This document shows positions 26,849 through 35,489 of a stretch of 64,000 nucleotides of DNA, piece by piece. The translations under genes and the position numbers were made by a program. Every line of letters starts with the position of its first letter. Position 1 is the first letter of the stretch. The notes under the pieces are model-generated. The model worked only from the letters and a program-made list of their open reading frames with translations, was not told the DNA's origin and made no database searches. This DNA is from Candidatus Azobacteroides sp. Lineage in GTDB: Bacteria; Bacteroidota; Bacteroidia; Bacteroidales; WRGA01. The DNA lies in NCBI GenBank assembly GCA_009787405.1, contig WRGA01000122.1:6863-70862 (forward strand). The letters are read 5' to 3'.

Positions 26849-28705
26849 TTAATGCGGGTTGATTCCGCTCACTGCGGCTTTTTTGATCAAATACGCGATT
26901 ATATTCATTTCTAAAGCCGAATTATAGACAAATTGCCTCAATGCCGGGTCGCCGACATATCCGTATTGTTTGGCTAAAGGAAATCCGTTATTCGTATAAC
27001 ATGCCGGGAATGACCTATTATCGGCTTGGTTGTTGTTTGCCCCGGTGGTATCTCCGATATATGCAAAATTTTTTCGGTCGTTATACCATACTATTGAACT
27101 GAGGGGCGAAATATCCTTGTGTCCGACCGAATTATTGGCGGAACAAATCTGTACCGAATGGGGCGGCAATTCATCGATAATCATCGAATTGGCGGTGACA
27201 TTGTCTTCTCCCCAATATTTTCCTCCCAAATAACCGAAAGGTCCGTTGATGATAGGATCGTTCAGGTCATGGTTGATCATATAAAGCTGGTCATCGGTAT
27301 TAGGAGTACCGTTGCCTATGGAGGAAGAGATATTCGGCGTTCCGAATACTCCCGACATAACAAGGTCTACATACGTTTTACTGTTGTCATCTGCAGCATA
27401 CATGATGCACCCTCCCTTGTTGATATAATCGATAAGGGCGGCTGACAATGCGGTTGCCGATGCGGGAGTCGAATTAGTTTCGTATCCTGAGTATAAGACA
27501 ATATCGGGATATTTTCCGTTGAATCCGTTGTTGAGATGATTTGTTGCCGTTCCGGCGTTACTCGTATCCCATAATTTGACAAGAGGTTGAGCCATCTTGA
27601 CTTTACCGGAGGGGCCAAAACTGCTTCCGCCGGTAAGTGCGGCACTTCTTACGGCTCCGTTCCAGGAATACCAATTGCCCGTACCGGCTCCCCCTATGAC
27701 GGCAAACGTCATGGCGGGCAATGTTATCGGTATGGTGACATTACAAGTATTGTTTCCTGAAGCGGTATTCGCCCGGATTTCTATCGGAAAATCGGAGTTA
27801 ACCGTTGGCGTGCCTTTACCGGTCAATATCACCATGCGGTAACCCGGAGTCGTAAACTCAAGTTGGGGGCCGACGGTGGAAAAACTGATCCCCTTGACCA
27901 CCGGTGTCGAGATGTAATACGATCCCGGTTTGGATACATTGACCATCAGTTTAATCACATTTGAAGAATTGAGCGGTACTCCTTTCCGGTAGATTCCTTC
28001 GACGGAAACAGTGGAACAGTTGATCGTATATTCCGCGATTCTCGGTTGTACGAATATCCGTGTGTAACACAGAGCATTAAGATCAGTGCTGCCCGATCCG
28101 GAGATCTCAATCAAATCCTCTTTGACCTTTTGGGGAGTACCTTGTGCAGGCAAATTAATCCACTGTTTTCCGGTTTCGGTAAATATCCCTTGTCCCACAA
28201 ACGAATAGCCGTTGGAGGTGGGCTTAGGAATCGCCGTAATGGTCCAGATTCCTTTTTTGGCCACATCTACATAAAGCGAGATATAATTGGCAGACGTTGT
28301 TTCTGTGTACACAATATAAGTTCCGTGCACTTTAACAGAGTCGCAATTCAGGGAGAACACGGCTTTTCCGGGTGTACCGCACAAACTTCTCCATTCGTTG
28401 TCCGTTCTCGAATAATAGTTGTAACAACCTTCATCTGTATTATAGATTAAAAGACTGTTGGCAGTCAGCGTATCGGTTTGCGTTACAAGAATACTATTCC
28501 GCTGAGCTTCTGTGATACGCGGAATCATGATTCCTTTAGGGATCGTATCGGTTCCGTTTACGATATTTTTAATATCTAATTCAGTCAGAACGCTCGGATT
28601 TACCGTGTTGATCCCGACTGATTGTGAATAGATATGATTTGTTGCCAAGAGAAGGCATCCGAATAATAAAAGCAAAAAATGTTTTTTTATATAACTTCTT
28701 TTCAT
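26849..28705 (-). CDS. secreted protein: shared N-terminal module, two ~100-aa Ig-like internal repeats, unknown C-terminal domain
   Basis: 618 aa with signal peptide (LLLLFGCLLLATNHIYSQ). The N-terminal module is VGINTVNPSVLTELDI...KGIMIPRITEAQRNSI...LLIYNTDEGCYNYY. The internal repeats are C-S-V-VxG-Y...V-V-K-G-W/Y-I-T. Confidence 0.8.
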   Translation of the reverse strand: MKRSYIKKHFLLLLFGCLLLATNHIYSQSVGINTVNPSVLTELDIKNIVNGTDTIPKGIMIPRITEAQRNSILVTQTDTLTANSLLIYNTDEGCYNYYSRTDNEWRSLCGTPGKAVFSLNCDSVKVHGTYIVYTETTSANYISLYVDVAKKGIWTITAIPKPTSNGYSFVGQGIFTETGKQWINLPAQGTPQKVKEDLIEISGSGSTDLNALCYTRIFVQPRIAEYTINCSTVSVEGIYRKGVPLNSSNVIKLMVNVSKPGSYYISTPVVKGISFSTVGPQLEFTTPGYRMVILTGKGTPTVNSDFPIEIRANTASGNNTCNVTIPITLPAMTFAVIGGAGTGNWYSWNGAVRSAALTGGSSFGPSGKVKMAQPLVKLWDTSNAGTATNHLNNGFNGKYPDIVLYSGYETNSTPASATALSAALIDYINKGGCIMYAADDNSKTYVDLVMSGVFGTPNISSSIGNGTPNTDDQLYMINHDLNDPIINGPFGYLGGKYWGEDNVTANSMIIDELPPHSVQICSANNSVGHKDISPLSSIVWYNDRKNFAYIGDTTGANNNQADNRSFPACYTNNGFPLAKQYGYVGDPALRQFVYNSALEMNIIAYLIKKAAVSGINPH

Positions 28706-28729
28706 ATAACATTAATTTTTAGAAATTGA

Positions 28730-28754
28730 CAATCTTCGAACTTGTCGAAGATTG
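28730..28754 (-). promoter_or_regulatory. 10-bp-stem hairpin 24 nt upstream of the 26849..28705 start codon
   Basis: caatcttcga-acttg-tcgaagattg. A duplicated copy at 29146-29170 keeps the stem through two compensatory pair changes. Confidence 0.5.
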
Positions 28755-28799
28755 ATTTTTGATAAATAAATAAATAAAATAATTAAATAATTAAAAAAC

Positions 28800-28826
28800 G
28801 ATGTGTCATGTTTCACAACGTGATAC
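28800..28826 (-). terminator. degenerate copy of the RCC1-operon terminator hairpin
   Basis: gtgtcatgtttcacaacgtgataca is preceded on the plus strand by an A-run. It is homologous to 29604-29629 but has stem mismatches. Confidence 0.35.
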
Positions 28827-28932
28827 AAAAATAATAAATAATAATGACATGTATAAATAATAAACAATAATAAATTTTAAATAATGACACATATAAATAA
28901 TGAATAATAATAAATTTTAAAAAGTGATAAAT

Positions 28933-29125
28933 TCATAACCTGCATTTACTTTGCCGGTTGCATCGGCATACGCATTGGCACCGGTATGGTATCCGATTGA
29001 CAGCAACTGATATTCCCATACCGTAGCCTACATAACTTTCGGTCGTATTTCCTATTCCGGGCTGCCCGTTACCGGTTTCGCCGGTAACAAATACCCTTTG
29101 CTTTATGGTAACCGTCGTTATATAA
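28933..29125 (-). pseudogene. chimeric remnant: 5' leader and first codons of a 618-aa-type gene fused to an internally deleted 3' end of an RCC1 paralogue
   Basis: The minus strand reads atgaatgttatataa (compare atgaaaagaagttatataaaa at 28705). It then reads ...QRVFVTGETGNGQPGIGNTTESYVGYGMG..., matching the C-terminus of 29709..31301 (QRVFVTGRNDNGQLGIGNATDQ...SSYVGYGMGN) with ~120 bp missing. Confidence 0.65.
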
Positions 29126-29145
29126 CATTCATTTTTAAAAATAGA

Positions 29146-29170
29146 CAATCTCCGGCAAATCCGGAGATTG
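29146..29170 (-). promoter_or_regulatory. duplicate of the leader hairpin with compensatory substitutions
   Basis: caatctccgg-caaat-ccggagattg. The flanking sequence (ataacatt.attttta.aaat.gac / atttttgataaataaataaa) matches 28706-28775. Confidence 0.5.
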
Positions 29171-29240
29171 ATTTTTGATAAATAAATAAAATGATTATCA
29201 AGCATTGTTAATCTTATATAGATTTAAAATAAAAACCTTA

Positions 29241-29590
29241 AATGATTATCGGATGTTGCACCTGCCTATCCCCCAAGTGGGATGTAAAAATGTAATATTC
29301 GTTTTTTTGAAAAATCCGGTCTGAAAAAAGTTGTTTTCTGTCCCGCCGGAAACAATATACCGATAGAAAGAAGAATTTTTCCGGTGACCAAAATCCCGTC
29401 AGGGACGCAATGAAAAGAGGATAACATGTTGTCCCTGACGGGCCGGAGATGAAGAAGTGATGCTTTTACCGATATAACGTCCCCGGCGGGACAAAAAAAA
29501 ACGAATGTTTTTTTGAAACATTGATCCGTTTTTTACAATCCGGCTGCGGGAATCGCCGGGTTATCACACCCGATAATCATCATAAATAAT
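29241..29590. mobile_element. foldback MITE-like element, copy B
   Basis: The termini are aatgattatcggatgttgcacc and cacacccgataatcat. The interior carries the gtcccgccgg, cccgtcagggac and gtccctgacggg hairpin motifs. Confidence 0.7.
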
Positions 29591-29603
29591 GAATCAAAAA
29601 AAA

Positions 29604-29629
29604 CGTGTCATGTTTAATAACATGACACG
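29604..29629 (-). terminator. rho-independent terminator of the RCC1 operon
   Basis: The minus strand reads cgtgtcatgtt-atta-aacatgacacg followed by tttttttt. Confidence 0.75.
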
Positions 29630-29708
29630 AAGATAGCAAATAATAACGATAAATAAAAATAATAAATAAAAATGAATTTTAAAAAATGATAAATTTCATC
29701 ATCTGTGT

Positions 29709-31301
29709 CTATTTTGTCAGTTGCGTCGGCACACGCATTTGTCTTGTTATGGCGCCCAATTGGCGGTAATCGACATTACCCATGCCGTAGCCCACATAAC
29801 TGGATGACGGGCGTGTCTGATTTGCACCGGTAAGCAACATCGTTGTTCTGCCGCTCATTTCTGCATCTACAAAGCCCGTTCCGACTACAATTCCGGTCAT
29901 CGCAGGCGTTTGCCAGGTCGTCTGATCGGTCGCATTTCCTATTCCGAGCTGCCCGTTATCGTTTCTACCGGTAACAAATACCCTCTGCTTGGTGATAACC
30001 GTCATTGAGCCGGTGGTGTTGCTGTATCGCGAACAGGCGACGCTTACGAATTTATCCGTGGGGTCTATATTTAGATTAACCGGAATCGGCTCCCTCACCG
30101 TCGTACCGGTGCCTCCTGCGCCGATGTCCCGGTTTCTCCCCCAGACATAAAGTTGTGTGCTGTCGGCAGAGATGGCCGCTCCGTTGTAATAGCCCATGGA
30201 TATTTTTCCTGCAGCAAACGGCAGTGTTGTAAGGAGGTAGGGAGCGGTTTGATTGGTTGCATTTCCGGTTCCCAATTTTCCGGTCGCTCCGGCTCCCCAA
30301 ACATACACCTTGCCTGTTTCGGTAACTGCGCCGCAAGAATTACCTGAAGCCGATATTTGAATTACTCTTTCAGGGATAGGGATATTTAATCTTGTCCACG
30401 TGGTGAGGCTTGTGCCTCCTCCGGTGCCTCCTCCGCCTGATGAACCGGTCGAACTTGTACCGACTGCGTAAACATCGCCGTTTTCGGTCAAAACAAAAGA
30501 ATTAGTAGAGCCTGCTTCGCATTGGATTGCTTTGCCTAAAACCGCTGTCGGACGCCAACTGAACAGCGTGTCGCCGGCGGCGTTTGTTACAAGCGCCGGC
30601 GTTCCTGTTGTACCGTCGCTCCCCGCAACGTCTAGGTCAGGCAACCCGGTACGATAACCGGCATTTGAGCCCCATACCCAAACCTGCCCGAGCGCATCAA
30701 CCGCTATAGCATGGCTTTCGCCTGCCGACACATCGACCATGGGATATGCAAAAAACAAGGTGAACGTCTGCATGTTACCGATTGTGCGTCCTACGCCTGT
30801 ACGTGCAGACGAATTGTCGCCTGCACAATAAAGCGCATTGTCGTCTTGCCCGATGCAGAGGGTATAATTATACGCCATGGAAGCCTGTTTAATTTTAAAA
30901 TCCGCCCCGACGCTCAAAATAGTGGTAACAAACTCCCGGAACCCGGTTTCGTCAAGGAGGCAATCGCTCCAACCGCCGGACGTCATGATGCGTACGCACC
31001 CCCGGCTTGCATCATAGACTACTGTTCCCGGCACCGGCTCGTCGCCTGCCGGCGTGGTTATTTTACCGATTGAATCAATGACGGGCAATACCACGCCGCT
31101 TGTATTGCCATATCCGTTTTCGTTATTCACATCGAGTACTCCGCGGGAATCGCCCGATTTACCCATTGAAACTTGTGCCTGCGCAGTCAGCGCGAAAAAC
31201 AGGAAACAGATCATAATTGACCATGCGTTGTTATACCTTGCATAAGGTCTTCCGATATTTTTTTTCATGTGCTTATTTCTTATTGAATTATTCGGTGCCA
31301 T
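29709..31301 (-). CDS. secreted RCC1-repeat beta-propeller protein, paralogue 1
   Basis: 530 aa. An alternative start (MKKNIGRP) lies at 31268. It has a signal peptide and the N-terminal module (VLDVNNENGYGNTSGVVLPVIDS...GTVVYDASRGCVRI...WSDC). RCC1-type blades include GESHAIAVDALGQVWVWGSNAGYRTG, GKVYVWGAGATGKLGTGN and VFVTGRNDNGQLGIGN. Confidence 0.85.
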   Translation of the reverse strand: MAPNNSIRNKHMKKNIGRPYARYNNAWSIMICFLFFALTAQAQVSMGKSGDSRGVLDVNNENGYGNTSGVVLPVIDSIGKITTPAGDEPVPGTVVYDASRGCVRIMTSGGWSDCLLDETGFREFVTTILSVGADFKIKQASMAYNYTLCIGQDDNALYCAGDNSSARTGVGRTIGNMQTFTLFFAYPMVDVSAGESHAIAVDALGQVWVWGSNAGYRTGLPDLDVAGSDGTTGTPALVTNAAGDTLFSWRPTAVLGKAIQCEAGSTNSFVLTENGDVYAVGTSSTGSSGGGGTGGGTSLTTWTRLNIPIPERVIQISASGNSCGAVTETGKVYVWGAGATGKLGTGNATNQTAPYLLTTLPFAAGKISMGYYNGAAISADSTQLYVWGRNRDIGAGGTGTTVREPIPVNLNIDPTDKFVSVACSRYSNTTGSMTVITKQRVFVTGRNDNGQLGIGNATDQTTWQTPAMTGIVVGTGFVDAEMSGRTTMLLTGANQTRPSSSYVGYGMGNVDYRQLGAITRQMRVPTQLTK

Positions 31302-31320
31302 TTTTTTAGTTCGTACAATT

Positions 31321-33072
31321 TTATTTTTTTATGGACGTAAACACGCGCCGGTTTTGCGGTCCCGGGCCCAGCATTAAATAGGGGCAGTATCCGGAGCCGT
31401 ATGCGGTGTAGTCGACATCATCGGGATACGTCGGATTGATTCCTGTGCATATAATTGCCTGATAGCGACCGATTGCTATGCCGGTAACTTGTGTGCCGGA
31501 GTAAATTGCATGGTCTTGTATCAGTGTAAAAGCGGGTACAGCTGTAACACGTGTTCCGTTATCAGGGTTTATTACTCCCAATTTGCCCGAACCGTTGCCG
31601 TCCGGTGCGCCGGTATTGGTTCCGTTGCTTTGCCCTGAAGCGAAAATTCTCCCCTTGTCGGTGGCAAACATCATACACCCTCCAAGATAATCCCCCGTAC
31701 GCATACGCAGGGTTGCCGCTGCCACCACGTTTTCGCCGGCGTCGAACAAACCGGGAAATTGCGTGACCTCTGTCGGTGTTACGTAAGTAACAGCCGCCAC
31801 CCAGCCGGGAAACATTTCGGAGCCCCGATATCCCCAACGAAATAAACGATTGTCGATCGTTATTCCGAAGCCTTGCGAAACGGTTATGCCGATAATTTTA
31901 AATACAACGCCCGCCGGCGTGTTCAACATGACCGGCGTGAGCTGATTCGCAGTACTGCCCGTACCGAGTTGCCTATTGTTGCCTTCGCCCCATGTATAAA
32001 TTTTCCCGTTGCGGTCGAGCGCTGCGGCCCATTGGTTGGCATTGATTGCGATGTCCTGTATTAATACTCCGCCCGGAAAATTGATTTTCGTAAAAACCGA
32101 TTGGTTGCCATTAGTCAGGCCGTTGCCGTTTGCCCCGGACTGATTGCGTCCTGCAGCATATACATTGCCCGCTTCGGTTAAAATCAATGAATTATAGAGG
32201 CCTGCTTCGCAACGTACTGCTTTTTCACCTGCAGGCAGCGTTATCTTTTTAGGCGAGGGGGTATAACCCGAAGTAGTGCCAAGTCCCGTGCGGCCGTAAG
32301 AATTTCTGCCCCAAGCGTATGCGTCTCCGTTTTCAAGCACAGCCATTCCATGATAGTAGCCGCCGGAAACGTCTATGGCGGGGCCGCCCAATATCATCGA
32401 CCACGAGCCGGAGCCTGTTCTCCCTTTGCCCGTGCGATAACTACCACCATACCCTGCGGTATAAACGGCGCGGTCATAGGCACCGATGGCAACGGAATAA
32501 AGATACCCGCACGAGGCTTTGAGCAGTTTGAAGTCTATACCGCCGAGCAGACGGTAGTTGATGGAATCTTGGATCGTCGTTCCGTCCACAATGTTATCGC
32601 TCCAGTTTCCGAATCGCGACGACTTTTTGTAACGAAGCCCGTCGGTTGATTCGTCATATACGATTGTTCCGCCCGGCGCCTCGTAGGTAGAAACACCGGG
32701 AGGGGCAACTACAGAATAAGTCTCAGTGGAGGTATTGCTCTCATCGTCGGTTACGGTTATTGATCTTGATGAAAAAACAGCATTAGGGACTACGACACTG
32801 GGATAACGATAACTGTTTGCCGTTGATGCAGATGCACCGGGGTTAATGTTAAAGGTATCTGCCGAACTGACGGAGGGTATTACCAGCCCTGATCGTTGGT
32901 AGGTCGAGTCTGTATTGACATCCAGCATTCCCCGCGGGTTGGCGCTGCCGATCCGGACTTGCGCTTGTGTATTCAGATTCAGAACGGACAGCAAAAAACA
33001 AAGAATAATTGAGAATACGTTGGTATACAGCGTTTTATTATACATAATTTTATATTTTATAAATGTATTCAT
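31321..33072 (-). CDS. secreted RCC1-repeat beta-propeller protein, paralogue 2
   Basis: 583 aa with a signal peptide. The N-terminal module is QVRIGSANPRGMLDVNTDSTYQRSGLVIPSV. Blades include GDAYAWGRNSYGRTGLGTTSG, GNVYAAGRNQSGANGNG and GKIYTWGEGNNRQLGTGS. It lies 19 nt upstream of paralogue 1. Confidence 0.85.
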   Translation of the reverse strand: MNTFIKYKIMYNKTLYTNVFSIILCFLLSVLNLNTQAQVRIGSANPRGMLDVNTDSTYQRSGLVIPSVSSADTFNINPGASASTANSYRYPSVVVPNAVFSSRSITVTDDESNTSTETYSVVAPPGVSTYEAPGGTIVYDESTDGLRYKKSSRFGNWSDNIVDGTTIQDSINYRLLGGIDFKLLKASCGYLYSVAIGAYDRAVYTAGYGGSYRTGKGRTGSGSWSMILGGPAIDVSGGYYHGMAVLENGDAYAWGRNSYGRTGLGTTSGYTPSPKKITLPAGEKAVRCEAGLYNSLILTEAGNVYAAGRNQSGANGNGLTNGNQSVFTKINFPGGVLIQDIAINANQWAAALDRNGKIYTWGEGNNRQLGTGSTANQLTPVMLNTPAGVVFKIIGITVSQGFGITIDNRLFRWGYRGSEMFPGWVAAVTYVTPTEVTQFPGLFDAGENVVAAATLRMRTGDYLGGCMMFATDKGRIFASGQSNGTNTGAPDGNGSGKLGVINPDNGTRVTAVPAFTLIQDHAIYSGTQVTGIAIGRYQAIICTGINPTYPDDVDYTAYGSGYCPYLMLGPGPQNRRVFTSIKK

Positions 33073-33077
33073 TATTT

Positions 33078-34814
33078 TTATTTTTTAATCAGCGAAGGAA
33101 TAGGGAATGTCGAAAATCCTGTACTCACCGCGCCTAACTGGTTAACACTTACATTTCCCATTCCGTAGCCGTAACTGCCGCTTTCAGTTGTTTCGCCGCC
33201 GCCGCTGCTTGTAATGACCAATGTTTGTTTGAGGAGCGAATGATCCACACCGATGGATGCCTGATCAAAAAGAGTACCGGGATAAATAGCCTTGTCGTAA
33301 ATAGGGTAAAAGCCGCGGGCAATCGTGCCGCGCGTACCGGCGGCCGAGTTTGGCGAAAAAAACGTCGTAGTCGTTCCCTTGAAATAACCCAACCCCCAAC
33401 GGTCGGCGGAATACCCTGTGCCTCCTGCGATTCCGCATGCATATACGTTTTTGTCGGTAACGACAATGGACCCGGCTTGGTAGCCGCTGCTTGCAGGCGC
33501 ACCGGTGGCGACAAACCGCGAGCAGGCCGCATAAACGATCGTTTCGTTGGCACGGTCGAACCCGCCGCTTATAAGAAAGCTTGTCACATCAACGGGAGAT
33601 CCTTGCACCGCTGCTGTTGTTGCTACGCTGCCTCCCCAGCCTTGTGCCGCTCCCCAGCCGTAGAGACGTTTGCCGTCCGCGCTCACGGCAAGTCCGTGAT
33701 TTGTCCCCATGGCGACTTGCTTGACCGCGTCGCCATTAGGCATGTTTATTGGTCCGGGTATAACATAGCTGCTTGTTGTCGCGACATTGCCGTTACCCAG
33801 CCGTCCGTAAGCCTGATCCCCCCAGGTATAAACTTTTCCGTCGGTCGTTAATGCCGCGCCGGAAAGAGACGAAACCGCAATGTCTTTAATAATGTCACCC
33901 GAAGAACCTATGTTCAATTGGGTAGGAGTTGAAATAGAAGATGGAGTACTACTAGTACTATTTATTGCATTCCCGTTTACGCCACTGACATTGAAACCGA
34001 AAACATATACCTTTCCGTTTTTGGACAACAAAACCGAGTTGTAATAGCCTGCTTCGCAACGGACGATGGTATCGCCCGCTGTAAGCGGGATATTTTTCAC
34101 GCGCATGGGAAAAGTAAAATTGGTTGTGGTGGTTTGCCCTGTTTTGTAACCCGTTCCGCTACCCCATGCCCATACTTCCCCGTTCCGTGTCGCGGCCAAT
34201 GCATGCTGATACCCGGCGGAGATGTCAATGGCACGCGATGCGAGCACCATGCCGAAGGTTGCCGTCGAACCGGAAGAGCTTCCGAGACCGGTTTTGCCGT
34301 TGGCATTGGAGCCTCCCGCGTAAACCGCTTCATCTTCGTAACCGATTACAAGAGAGTACTGGTAACCTGCCGATACTTTTTTCACGCGAACATTCAGGCC
34401 GCCATAAATATCGGCGTTGAAAAAATTACTGAGGTCATTCATTTCACTGAGGCAGTCGCTCCAACCGTCATTTGTTTTCACTCTCAAACAGCCGGGAATC
34501 GATAAATCCGACGGACTTGGCGCCACGGCAAAAGTGTCGGGTACGGTAAAGACAATGGTCCCCGCCACCGCCTCCCCGCCGTCGGGTGTTTTAACCGTTG
34601 TTACATTATCAACTTTCGGCAGCACAAAACCCACGTTGCGTAACGTGCTGTCATTGACGTATTGTTGTCCTTGCAAATGCAGCAACCCTTGTGGTTTTTC
34701 GGGCGCTAAACTGTCCGGGTTGAATGCTCCCGCAGGTGTCTGAACACCGATTCCGACTTGTGCATTTGCATTGATTGCTATTAATGCAGCCATCAAAATA
34801 AAAACTTTCTTCAT
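33078..34814 (-). CDS. secreted RCC1-repeat beta-propeller protein, paralogue 3
   Basis: 578 aa with signal MKKVFILMAALIAINANAQ. The N-terminal module is VGIGVQTPAG...GFVLPKVDN...GTIVFTV...GCLRVKTNDGWSDC. Blades include GEVWAWGSGTGYKTGQ, GKVYVFGFNVSGVNGN and GKVYTWGDQAYGRLGNGN. It lies 5 nt upstream of paralogue 2. Confidence 0.85.
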   Translation of the reverse strand: MKKVFILMAALIAINANAQVGIGVQTPAGAFNPDSLAPEKPQGLLHLQGQQYVNDSTLRNVGFVLPKVDNVTTVKTPDGGEAVAGTIVFTVPDTFAVAPSPSDLSIPGCLRVKTNDGWSDCLSEMNDLSNFFNADIYGGLNVRVKKVSAGYQYSLVIGYEDEAVYAGGSNANGKTGLGSSSGSTATFGMVLASRAIDISAGYQHALAATRNGEVWAWGSGTGYKTGQTTTTNFTFPMRVKNIPLTAGDTIVRCEAGYYNSVLLSKNGKVYVFGFNVSGVNGNAINSTSSTPSSISTPTQLNIGSSGDIIKDIAVSSLSGAALTTDGKVYTWGDQAYGRLGNGNVATTSSYVIPGPINMPNGDAVKQVAMGTNHGLAVSADGKRLYGWGAAQGWGGSVATTAAVQGSPVDVTSFLISGGFDRANETIVYAACSRFVATGAPASSGYQAGSIVVTDKNVYACGIAGGTGYSADRWGLGYFKGTTTTFFSPNSAAGTRGTIARGFYPIYDKAIYPGTLFDQASIGVDHSLLKQTLVITSSGGGETTESGSYGYGMGNVSVNQLGAVSTGFSTFPIPSLIKK

Positions 34815-34885
34815 TTTTTTATCTTGTTTTGTTAATTTAATTTGATTTACATTGTAAATTAATAAAGCTGTTGAAAAAAATAGTT

Positions 34886-34974
34886 TATATTTTAAACGCC
34901 AAGTTGCAAAGGCAGAAAGGCGCGAAATTTAAATCCGTTGTGACTTTGTGTCTTTGCATCTTCGCGTTTAAAAT
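34886..34974. repeat. REP-like palindromic intergenic element, copy 3
   Basis: tatattttaaacgc...gcaaaggcagaaaggcgcg...gtgactttgtgtctttgc...gcgtttaaaata. Confidence 0.55.
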
Positions 34975-35063
34975 AGTAGATAGTAAATGCTGCCGGGTAC
35001 CAAATCATTTTGTTCTTTGTTTTTCCGGAGACCCGGAACTTTTTCCGCCGGCTTTTTTACTCA

Positions 35064-35405
35064 TCATCGACCATATTTGAAAATACAGTACCCTCCCATC
35101 AGAAGCAATAACGCAAGTAAACATTCCCGGCTATCCAACGGTAACGGCTTTGAACCGACAAACCCGCCTCCGCCGGTTCCTCCCCCTTCTCCACCATCCG
35201 GATCCGGTTCATCGGCGAACAAAATCTGTTTGTCTTCTTTTATTATGGGTACTTTCTCTTCTTTATTTTTCGATAATGAATATTCTTTTTTATTTGACCA
35301 AACTTCTTCTTTAAATGTCTGGGACGGTAATTTATCGGCAATTACCGGAAAGATCACTCCTGTTGACATGATCAGAATGGCGATTATTTTAATTATTTTT
35401 CTCAT
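35064..35405 (-). CDS. small secreted protein with Gly-rich spacer and sorting-signal-like C-terminus
   Basis: 113 aa. The N-terminal signal is MRKIIKIIAILIMSTGVIFPVIA. It continues ...PDPDGGEGGGTGGGGFVGSKPLPLDS, then a hydrophobic helix (CLLALLLLMGGYCIF), then KYGR. It is chosen over the antisense 34987..35484 ORF on signal peptide and operon orientation. Confidence 0.55.
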   Translation of the reverse strand: MRKIIKIIAILIMSTGVIFPVIADKLPSQTFKEEVWSNKKEYSLSKNKEEKVPIIKEDKQILFADEPDPDGGEGGGTGGGGFVGSKPLPLDSRECLLALLLLMGGYCIFKYGR

Positions 35406-35489
35406 ATATTTGATTTTTTATAAACTATTAAAGTATGAACTGTTCATGATGATCATTTTGTTTGATTGTACTTTTGGGCCATGAGTATT

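Noticed and set aside
26849-34814. Diversity-generating retroelement acting on the RCC1 paralogues
   Set aside because: There is no reverse transcriptase in the window. Differences between the remnant (28933-29125) and its parent 3' end are of all substitution types plus a deletion, not adenine-specific template/variable-repeat mismatches.
34987-35484. 165-aa plus-strand ORF overlapping 35064..35405
   Set aside because: It has no signal or motif and a low-complexity Pro/Ser stretch that mirrors the Gly-rich region of the minus-strand protein. The minus-strand ORF has a clean signal peptide and the same orientation as the neighbouring genes. The call remains only moderately confident.
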